Shown: piece after piece, positions 38,303-46,555 of the stretch
Layout: every line of letters begins with the position of its first letter
Position numbering within the stretch: position 1 is the stretch's first letter
Source: Candidatus Latescibacterota bacterium
GTDB taxonomy: Bacteria > Latescibacterota > UBA2968 > UBA8231
Length of the DNA: 64,000 nt
Reading direction: 5' to 3'
NCBI GenBank assembly: GCA_963422735.1
Contig: OY730476.1
Location: 1,536,001 to 1,600,000, forward strand
The notes under the pieces: model-generated
Database searches by the model: none
Told to the model about the DNA's origin: nothing
The model's input: only the letters and a program-made list of their open reading frames with translations
Position numbers and translations under genes: made by a program

Positions 38303-39621
38303 CTAGCTGTCGCGCCTTTTCGCGGTGTGCTTTGCTTTTTTCAGGCGTCCCAATTGCTGGTATGCGTCGCTGAGGTAGAGATGGGCGCGTTCATTGGCTG
38401 GATCCAGCTCGACGGCACGGTCATACGCACGGGCGGCCTCGGCAAAGTGGGCGACGGCCCCGGCCAAATCGCCCGTGCGAGCCGCGGCCAAGCCGAGTCC
38501 GTAGGCGGCCTCGTGCAAGCTAGAGTCGAGTGCGGCGGCGTGCAGGAGGCTAGCCCGAGCCTCCGCATAGTGCTGCTGCTTGAGGAGAGCCATTCCCAGC
38601 CGAGCGTGACTGAGCGGATCTTCTTTGTCGAGGGCGAGGGCTTGGCGAAAGCTCTCGGCTGCGGCGGTCAAATTGCTCTGATAGGTGAAGAGGACGTCTA
38701 GGCTGCTGTGGGCGTCTTTTAGTTCGGGGTTGATGGCGAGGGCGTTTTGATATTCGAGGATGGCGAGGGCGTTTTGGCCTTGCAGGGCGAGATTGTAGCG
38801 GGCCGTGGCCGAGCCGATGGCCACCGCGCTCATCTCGGGCGGAGATTGCTCCGAGCCGATGCCCCGGTGGTGCTGGCGGAGGATTTCCGAGCGCGCTAGA
38901 GCCTTTCCTCCTTGTGCACGCCTCCCGCTGCGCAGGTAGAGTTGGGACAGATTGAAGTGGACTTGGGGCGAATAAGGGTTGAGTTCGATGGCCCACTCTA
39001 GGGCCTTCACAGCTTGGTCGTAGTGCCCTTGAGCTCGGTGCAGCAAGCCGCGGTGGAAATGCGCTTCGGCGTCTTCGGGCGCGTACTGCACGGCGAGTTG
39101 TAGGTGATGTAGGGCTTGGTCTAAGGCGCCCTGTCGTCGGTAGTACAGGCCCAATTTCTTGTGGGCTGGCGCGAGAGTGGAATCCACCTGCAACGCGGCC
39201 AGATAAGCGCGCTCGGCGCGGTGTGCGCTGTCGCGGTAGCTGTACACGAGGCCGAGGTAGTGGCGCGTTGCGGATCGAGTTCGATGGCCCGTTGGAAGGC
39301 TCGCAAGGCCGCGTCGGTTTCGCTGTAGCGGGCTTCGGCGAATGCGCGGGTCATCTCGATGGCACAGAGTAGGTCGTAGAGTTCGGGGGCGCGGGCTAGG
39401 CCGGCGTGCGCTGTTTCCCGCGCTTGCTCGTACTGGCCGACTTGGAGGTAGCAACGCCCTAGATAGCGATAGACAGCCTGCGGTGGGGACGGGCCTTGCA
39501 CGACACGCTGCAAGATCTCAATTGCGGCTTGGTACTCTCGGTTGTGGAAGTGCTGCCGGCCCTCGGCTAGAAGGGGGTCGTCGCGGGCGCAGCTCCAAGC
39601 GAACAAAAAGAGCAGGAGCAC
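38303..39621 (-). pseudogene. TPR-repeat lipoprotein, frameshifted
   Basis: Lipobox-like FAWSC. TPR helices (FQRAIELDP, AEAHFHRG, YQNALAINP) are split over two frames near 39270, with apparent in-frame deletions. Confidence 0.75.
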
Positions 39622-39635
39622 GGCTCAGTTCAATT

Positions 39636-41339
39636 TTAATTAGGTGCGCCAAGGGCGCGTTCTATCGCGTCTGCAAATTCCTCAACCGGGTACTGCTCCC
39701 GCAGGCCGCGCACATAGCGCACGTAGCCGCGCTTGGACTTGTCGATCTTTACGTAAGCCGTGGCGCGGCGACGGGATGTGGCGTCGTAGGGATGTTTTCT
39801 CTCGTGGCGGTCGAGGACCTTGAAGACCGAATATCCGCTTTGGACCTGCACTGGACCGCCGACTTGGCCGACGGGCAGGGAATGCGCCAAGTCGTAGATG
39901 CCCTGATAGTATGCCTTGGTGTAGGGGCTGAGGGTCAAGTGCCCGTCGTGGTGGTCGGCACCGGGGCGGAGGGTGTGGGCGCGAGCCAATGGCTCTGGGT
40001 CAGCACCGGCGAGGATCTCGCGCTTGAGCCGCTGGGCCAACGAATCGGAAGCCACGAGGATTTCTACTACTTCGGTCGTCAGAGGCGCGGTGAATTTCTC
40101 TGGATGGCTATCGTAGAAGGCGTGGGCTTCCTCTGGAGTGGCTGTGATGTGCTGATCGACGTAGCGCTGCCGCAGGGCGTTGAGGAGCAGGTCGTCCCGC
40201 TTGTCGCTAATGCGCTGCCGCAGGTTGGGGTCTTCTTCTAGATCGTGGGCCCGGGCCTCGGCGGCGAAGAGAAAGGCCGGGATGATCGCAGTTTCTAGGA
40301 GGAAGACGACGCGAGCAGAATCGGCCAATTCCGGCCGGCCGGTGCGCATTTGCCGCGCCACTTGTATGAACTCGTGGCAACTGATGTGACCGCCGCGAAA
40401 GGAGACTATAGACTCGTCGCGCAACGCGGTCGGCAGGGCGTACAGATCGCCTTCGGCCTGCTGGCTGTGCTGGTTGAGGTAGCGAATCTGCTCGGGGTGC
40501 AATTCGGGGCTGTACGCGCCTTTGAGCGAGTCGAGGAGGGCTTGGTAGCGGGCGGCCCGCTTGCGGCCAAAAATTTCCTCCCGCACCTTGCGCTCGGAAG
40601 CGGCCAGCGGCAGCGGCATCTCGTCGGTGACTTGAAAGACCGTGTAGTGGGGCTTGCCGGCAAACTGGAAGCGGATGGGTTTGGATACCTCGCCCACGGC
40701 GAGGGGAAAGATCGCTTCGGCAATAGCCGGAAGGACCTTGTCTTTGAGCTTGTAGCCTCCCACATCGCCGCCCTGTTCGCCGCTATCGCGGTGCAGAGAA
40801 CGTCCCTTGGCCAGTTCCATGAACTGCGCCCCGTCGGCCACGGCCTGCAAAATTTCCTCGGCTTCTTCCCAGGTCTTTAGCATGATGCCGCTAAAGCGGA
40901 GGGCGCGATCGCGGTGAGTAGCTCGATAATGCGCTTCCATCTCCTCGTCGGTAACGACGATATTTTGGACTATTTCGCGCTGAGTGTACAAGTCGAGCAA
41001 GCGGTTTTTGGCGAAAAAGGCCAGCTCGGCTTGGAGCGCGGGATCGTCGGCTAGCTGAATGGTTTCGGCCTCGGTGAGCAAGATCTGCTTGTCGATCAAG
41101 CTGTTGAGGACTTGGAGGTTCTTGTCCAGCAAGGTATCGCCCTTTCTCATGCCCTCTGGGATGAGTGCGCTGAATTTGGTGAAAGCCGAGAGGGTAATGG
41201 GGGCACCGGCTACGGTCGCCAAGACGACATCCTGAGCTCCGGGTTGTTCGGGTTGTCCATTGCAGGACGCGAGGAAAAGGGCCGATATATAAAGGAACGA
41301 GAGGATGTAATCGCACGGAAAGGACTGGGTCGTGGTCAT
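39636..41339 (-). CDS. PpiC/parvulin-type peptidyl-prolyl isomerase (SurA/PrsA-like) with duplicated architecture
   Basis: Lipobox FLASC, VLATV.G..IT, F.ELAK..S....GEQGGDVG, GEVSKPI, and a second rotamase unit GQVGGPVQ..SGYSVFKV. Confidence 0.85.
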   Translation of the reverse strand: MTTTQSFPCDYILSFLYISALFLASCNGQPEQPGAQDVVLATVAGAPITLSAFTKFSALIPEGMRKGDTLLDKNLQVLNSLIDKQILLTEAETIQLADDPALQAELAFFAKNRLLDLYTQREIVQNIVVTDEEMEAHYRATHRDRALRFSGIMLKTWEEAEEILQAVADGAQFMELAKGRSLHRDSGEQGGDVGGYKLKDKVLPAIAEAIFPLAVGEVSKPIRFQFAGKPHYTVFQVTDEMPLPLAASERKVREEIFGRKRAARYQALLDSLKGAYSPELHPEQIRYLNQHSQQAEGDLYALPTALRDESIVSFRGGHISCHEFIQVARQMRTGRPELADSARVVFLLETAIIPAFLFAAEARAHDLEEDPNLRQRISDKRDDLLLNALRQRYVDQHITATPEEAHAFYDSHPEKFTAPLTTEVVEILVASDSLAQRLKREILAGADPEPLARAHTLRPGADHHDGHLTLSPYTKAYYQGIYDLAHSLPVGQVGGPVQVQSGYSVFKVLDRHERKHPYDATSRRRATAYVKIDKSKRGYVRYVRGLREQYPVEEFADAIERALGAPN

Positions 41340-41489
41340 TGAAAATCTCTTGCTCTAGTGGACACTATTCTCTTATTTAACAGGCATTTAATTTAGGATT
41401 TGATGGATTTTTGGGCAACAATGCAGGGGCATTCGGTGTTACGAGATGCCCCACCAGCCCATCCTGCTCACTACTTATAGAGTCGGTTT

Positions 41490-43745
41490 ATGCGAACAGC
41501 TTTTCGATCTGCTTGCCTCGTAGGCGGCCTCTTGCTCGCCGCTTTCGCGGCGGGAAAATCAGCGGTTGCGGAAGTCGTGGTCATCGGCGGTGCAGAGGGC
41601 CTGAGTTGGGAGAGCGGCGGGGGCGATCTCCCAGCCGCGGTCATCCGCAGCACGACGGCGATCGAAAAAACCAACGCCCCTGGGGGCGTCATCGACTTCA
41701 AGCCCGAGGGCCGGCCCCGCTTCATCGCTCCCCAGCGCGCCGATACCACCCGCAACATAGCGGTCGGCATTAACTCGCCATTGCGCGGCGGGAGCATTGA
41801 GTCGCCGAACAATCGCTCCATTGGCGCGGCCTTGGCCAGTTTGATCGACAACGACGGCGACACGGCCTTGGACATGCGCGCTTCCGGAGGCACCCAAAGT
41901 GCCCGGGTACTGGGGCTAATCATCGACTTGGATCTCGGTGCGCGCTTTGGCCTCAACCGCTTCAAATTCTTTCCGCGCAACGGCGACCCGGATTTCCCTT
42001 CGGTAGGATTTCCCTTCCAAAACGAATTTTTACGGGGGTATGAGATTTTCATCAATGATGGCACGCCGGAAAATTTCTTTGAAGGTGTGCCAATTTTGCA
42101 AACCGTCGCGGTCGAGACCCAAAACGACCAATCCGTGGTGGATGTGCGTATCCCTCCGCAATACGTGCGCTTCGTGCGGCTGAAGGTGCTGACCGCGGCC
42201 GGCTTCGACATGGCCGAGTTCCAGATTTTTGGCACGGGCTTTGTGCCCGAAGCGAGCTATGTGTCCAATATTTTTGACTTTGGCGACTTGGCCTTGTTCG
42301 GCAACTTGCGCTGGATCCAAGACGCGGAAGGCGACGCGAATCTGTCCAGCTTGCGGATTCGCACGCGTACGGGCGTGGATCCGAACCCGGTCGAATTCAA
42401 CAAGGTGCGCCCGGGTGAGCGCATCTTCCGCGTGGGTGGCGGCGCCCAAGCCGGCAATCGGTCGGGCACCTCGACGGCCAATGTGGAGGTGCCGTGGAAG
42501 TGGGCTGAGGACGTCGACGATGCTGAGTTAAAGGGCTTGGTCGAAGACATGCTGGACAACGACGAGGTGGATGTGCGCGAGGCGATTGGGGTGTTCAAGG
42601 ATCTGCCGTTGAACCAGCAGGCCCTCATCACCCTCGACGAGGCCGATTACAGCGCGCTGCGGGGCGAGGACAAAGGTACCATCCGCGACGATGTCAACAA
42701 CTGGAGCGGCTGGTCGCCTCCTTATCCAGCGTCCGGTATCGTCGGCCAAGACCAGCTCCCAATAGATGGTGCCGGCGTCCCAATTACCTCGCCTGGCCCC
42801 CGGCGCTACTTCCAGTTTTCTATCGACTTTTTTAGCGATGACTTCGAGTCGGCGGCCGCAGTCGGCGGCTTGGCCTTTGACGTGATTTCGTCGCCCTTTG
42901 CCCAAGAGTTGATCGCCGAGATCTCACCGCGCTCAGCGGCCGTGGGGAAGAACACCCGGTTTTTGTACGCAGTGCGCAACAAGTCCTCTGGTCAGCAGCG
43001 CGGCTTTGACGCCTTTGAGATCGAGACCCCCTTGCGCGTCGAGTCCATTGGGCGCGTGCGAATCCAGCGGCCCGGTGGCGAGGTGCAAGAGGCGGATTTT
43101 TCTGGTGCGCCACTGGCGAGCTTGCCCCAGGCCAGCAATGGTATCTCCATCGACGAAGTGCGCGACGACCGCTTTGCTATCTCCTTCCCGCTCATAGAGG
43201 AAGATGGGACGGTCTTGGAGGTGGAATTCGACAACGGGGTGTTGCGCTTTGGCACAACCTTTGTCGGCCGCGCCTTCAACCGCTCGGTCGAGACGACCAT
43301 CGGGCAGGGCGTCGTGGCTGGCAATGCTGCCGACTTGAGCCAGTCTGGCTTTGCCGACTCCGATATCCAACCGGTGGGCACACCGATAGCGGAAAACCTT
43401 TCGGTGGCCGTGCCTATTAGCAAGGAGCTCTTGGCCAATCTGGCCGTGAATTCGCCGGTGTTTACGCCCAACGGCGATGGGGTCAACGACCGTGCCCTCA
43501 TCCAGTACGACATCACCAATATCGTGCGGCCCTCGCCGGTGAAAGTCTCGATTTTCGATCTGTCCAGCCGCTTGGTCCGAGCCTTAGTCGATAGCGAGGC
43601 TATCAGTGGCCGCTTTGTCCAGCCTTGGGACGGCCGGGACGACGACGGGGTGTACGTGCCGCCGGGGCATTATGCTTTTAGCGTCTCGCTACAAGCCGGC
43701 ACGGGCCAAGTGAGGGAGATCGGGGTTATAGGGGTGGCTTACTAA
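41490..43745 (+). CDS. Secreted protein, family A: discoidin-like region plus C-terminal FlgD/CHU_C-like domain
   Basis: Signal peptide; IDLDLGARF..RFKFFPR; AEFQIFG.GF; WSGWSPPY..ITSPGPR; FTPNGDGVND...FDLSSRLVR...WDGRD..G..VPPG.Y. Confidence 0.75.
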   Translation: MRTAFRSACLVGGLLLAAFAAGKSAVAEVVVIGGAEGLSWESGGGDLPAAVIRSTTAIEKTNAPGGVIDFKPEGRPRFIAPQRADTTRNIAVGINSPLRGGSIESPNNRSIGAALASLIDNDGDTALDMRASGGTQSARVLGLIIDLDLGARFGLNRFKFFPRNGDPDFPSVGFPFQNEFLRGYEIFINDGTPENFFEGVPILQTVAVETQNDQSVVDVRIPPQYVRFVRLKVLTAAGFDMAEFQIFGTGFVPEASYVSNIFDFGDLALFGNLRWIQDAEGDANLSSLRIRTRTGVDPNPVEFNKVRPGERIFRVGGGAQAGNRSGTSTANVEVPWKWAEDVDDAELKGLVEDMLDNDEVDVREAIGVFKDLPLNQQALITLDEADYSALRGEDKGTIRDDVNNWSGWSPPYPASGIVGQDQLPIDGAGVPITSPGPRRYFQFSIDFFSDDFESAAAVGGLAFDVISSPFAQELIAEISPRSAAVGKNTRFLYAVRNKSSGQQRGFDAFEIETPLRVESIGRVRIQRPGGEVQEADFSGAPLASLPQASNGISIDEVRDDRFAISFPLIEEDGTVLEVEFDNGVLRFGTTFVGRAFNRSVETTIGQGVVAGNAADLSQSGFADSDIQPVGTPIAENLSVAVPISKELLANLAVNSPVFTPNGDGVNDRALIQYDITNIVRPSPVKVSIFDLSSRLVRALVDSEAISGRFVQPWDGRDDDGVYVPPGHYAFSVSLQAGTGQVREIGVIGVAY

Positions 43746-43771
43746 TTGCTCAATAAATAGGGAGAGATGAT

Positions 43772-46555
43772 TTGCAAGCGTTTAGACTATGGGGGCTGAT
43801 TGGTTGGGCCACGCTGGTGCTGGCGGTCGGAACGGCTGAGGCCCAAGAGTATGGCAACCGCTTAGGTCGTCAGCGCGGCGGGGCAGTCAGCTTTGAGCCG
43901 CGCGGGCCTGGGGTCCTGTTTGGCGCGCTCGATCCAGCAGTCAAGAAATGGTACATTCCCCAAGAGCTTTTCAACGAATATGGCTGGCGACAGTGGGAGT
44001 ACTCCAACTACGCTAGGGACGAATTCCGACGCTACGTCAACATCCACCGCGAAGGCGATTACTTCTACGATTTCTACGGCAACTTCATCGGCCGCGGCTG
44101 GCTGATTTACGACTGGAGCCAAAACCAGCCCGGACAGCTCGGTAGCAGCATCTTCCAGAACGCCCGTTTCGACTCTTGGTTCAACGGGGTCACCATTGGC
44201 GGCGACTCGCAGAGCCAATACTACTATTCCATTACGGTCGGCAATCTGCTGCGCACGACTCTCACGCCGATGACCTTCTCTAGGCCCCGTTACAATGGCG
44301 TCCAGATCGACTTCATGGCCGACAAATACGCCGGCACGATCCTCGCCTCGCGAATCAGCGACCCGATCTTGGGCGAGACTAGGGAGCCGGAGACCCGCAC
44401 CAATACCACTACCATGTTCGGCGGCCGCGGCACGGTCCAGGTCGGCGACTTCATCGAGGTGGGTGCGACCCTAGTCGATGCCCGCAATACCAACACCACG
44501 CTCGACCTGTTCAGTGGCGACTTGATCGCCGGCAGCCTCACTTCCGGCCAGAGCAGCACTCCGCTGACGGCCATTGCCATCATCCTCAGCGACGACACGC
44601 CCGAGGATGGCGAGGGGGGCGCGGCTTTGTTCCGCCACAAGGTGCACATCATCAGCCGCGACTTCGAGACGAACAAAAAACAGGCTTTCGAGGCGGAGGA
44701 GGTCGTCCGTGCCGGCGCGGAGTGGCCGATTAAATTCGGTGGTTTTGAACGTCAAGGTTACACGGCCGCCGACGGCAACGAGCGCATCGTCCTCAACTAC
44801 GACTTCAACGATCCGGCGTATATCGGCCCAGACCCCACCTCGATCGTGGCGGTGGAATTCGAATACGTCTTGGGCAATGACTTCAAGGTGGAGATGTGGT
44901 CCGACCGGCAGACGGGCCGCCGCGCCATGCCCTCCGCGCCCCTGAGTGCGGAAACCATAGACGCCAGCGAGCCAGCACTGATTACCCTACGGCGAGCCGA
45001 GGGCAACGTGAAGGACATTTCCAATCTCCAACTCGTCAAATTTGACTACGGCCTGCCGACGGGCAACCTAGTCGGCGGATTTACGGTGGAGGGCAAAGGG
45101 CTATGGGGATTTGACTTCTACGGAGAGTGGAACCGCAACAAGCGCTACTTTCAGTATCCCAACGCCGCGCTGTTTACGGCTGGCAAGAACCACAAAATTG
45201 CCACTGAGCAGTCCGACGCTTGGTTTTTCAATCTCTCCCGTCAGTTCCATCCGTGGTTCTTCTTCGGCGAGATCTATGCGATGGACGACGCGTATTCGAC
45301 CACAGCTTTTTTGGTAGATGCCAACGGCGACATCCAATACGATAATTCCCAGCGCAACTTCTACGAGTTCGTCGAGGACAACGACGACCAAGACCAATAT
45401 CCCGACTGGATCCGCGCGGGTTCGGCCAACGATCGGCTCATCTTTCCCGGGTGGGACGAGAATAACGACTTTATCTCGGATTTCAACCAAAACGACAATG
45501 GCACAGTCAACAATCTCATTCCGGACTACGAAGAGCCTTTCTTGCGCTATGCGGTTGATCGGCCCGAATTCCTCTTTGGCATCGACCTGAACAACAACGA
45601 TTGGATCGATCGCTTTGAAGACGACGACTTACCGGATTACCCCTACAAGACCGACCGGCAGGGCTATAATGTGTTCGCCGGTGCCGAGCTCGTACTAGGG
45701 ATGAGGCTGACCTTGGGACAGGCGGACGAGCAGATGATTTCGGCCGACCGCTCGAATCGCGTTCAGTACGCGCTCTTTACCTTTGACCGAGACGTGCCGG
45801 GCGTAGGTCGTTTGCGGGTTTTTGACTCGCTGAAAAAGGTCGCCGACACCATTCCAGACGACCGGCGCGCCCCCACGCCTTATGTCGATGCCCCACCGAT
45901 CCAACCCCTCGTCCCCGATATCTTGCCGGCCCAAGACACTTGGGTCAATTCACTGTGGCTCGGGTTCGACTACGCGGGCATTGACCGGCTCAACATCACC
46001 AACAAGTTCAAATACGAATTCTATCGCCAAAAACAAAACGATCCACGCGATATAGATGGACGCCGCCTACGCACCGACACGAGTTTCTTCGGCTTGATCA
46101 ACAAGTTCGACTACACCTACGACGTAGGTCCCTTTAGTCTCCAGCCCAAATTCAAGAGCGAATACTTGCGGCGTACGCCATTTTTGGCGCAAGAGGATGA
46201 GCGCAAAGGGTGGACCGGCAGCTTCATGCTGCTGGCTCAACTGCCGGTGCTTCAGCACACCGTGCTGATGGGGGGGATAGAGCAACTGCTGCTGCGGGAT
46301 TTGATGCGCGACGAGGACGCCATGGTCGCCAGCGGCGTCACCACGGAAACGGGCGACTTAAGCAGCATAAACGTGGCGGTGCAGTTATCCAATACTTCGG
46401 ATTATATGGGTTATCGCCTGACGCACCAGCTCGGTCTGCGCTACGGCCGCACTCAGACCGAGCTGGTGCGAGAGACAGACAGCGGTTTTGCCAAGGGCAG
46501 CGAGAGCAGCAATTCGACGACTAGCTTCATCACCGTGTATGCCGGAATTCAGTAA
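43772..46555 (+). CDS. Large secreted or putative outer-membrane protein, family B, with an Asp/Asn-rich internal domain
   Basis: Signal peptide AEA-Q. Alternating aromatic beta-strand patterns in the C-terminal third, ending SFITVYAGIQ. Paralog of the next gene. Confidence 0.65.
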   Translation: MQAFRLWGLIGWATLVLAVGTAEAQEYGNRLGRQRGGAVSFEPRGPGVLFGALDPAVKKWYIPQELFNEYGWRQWEYSNYARDEFRRYVNIHREGDYFYDFYGNFIGRGWLIYDWSQNQPGQLGSSIFQNARFDSWFNGVTIGGDSQSQYYYSITVGNLLRTTLTPMTFSRPRYNGVQIDFMADKYAGTILASRISDPILGETREPETRTNTTTMFGGRGTVQVGDFIEVGATLVDARNTNTTLDLFSGDLIAGSLTSGQSSTPLTAIAIILSDDTPEDGEGGAALFRHKVHIISRDFETNKKQAFEAEEVVRAGAEWPIKFGGFERQGYTAADGNERIVLNYDFNDPAYIGPDPTSIVAVEFEYVLGNDFKVEMWSDRQTGRRAMPSAPLSAETIDASEPALITLRRAEGNVKDISNLQLVKFDYGLPTGNLVGGFTVEGKGLWGFDFYGEWNRNKRYFQYPNAALFTAGKNHKIATEQSDAWFFNLSRQFHPWFFFGEIYAMDDAYSTTAFLVDANGDIQYDNSQRNFYEFVEDNDDQDQYPDWIRAGSANDRLIFPGWDENNDFISDFNQNDNGTVNNLIPDYEEPFLRYAVDRPEFLFGIDLNNNDWIDRFEDDDLPDYPYKTDRQGYNVFAGAELVLGMRLTLGQADEQMISADRSNRVQYALFTFDRDVPGVGRLRVFDSLKKVADTIPDDRRAPTPYVDAPPIQPLVPDILPAQDTWVNSLWLGFDYAGIDRLNITNKFKYEFYRQKQNDPRDIDGRRLRTDTSFFGLINKFDYTYDVGPFSLQPKFKSEYLRRTPFLAQEDERKGWTGSFMLLAQLPVLQHTVLMGGIEQLLLRDLMRDEDAMVASGVTTETGDLSSINVAVQLSNTSDYMGYRLTHQLGLRYGRTQTELVRETDSGFAKGSESSNSTTSFITVYAGIQ

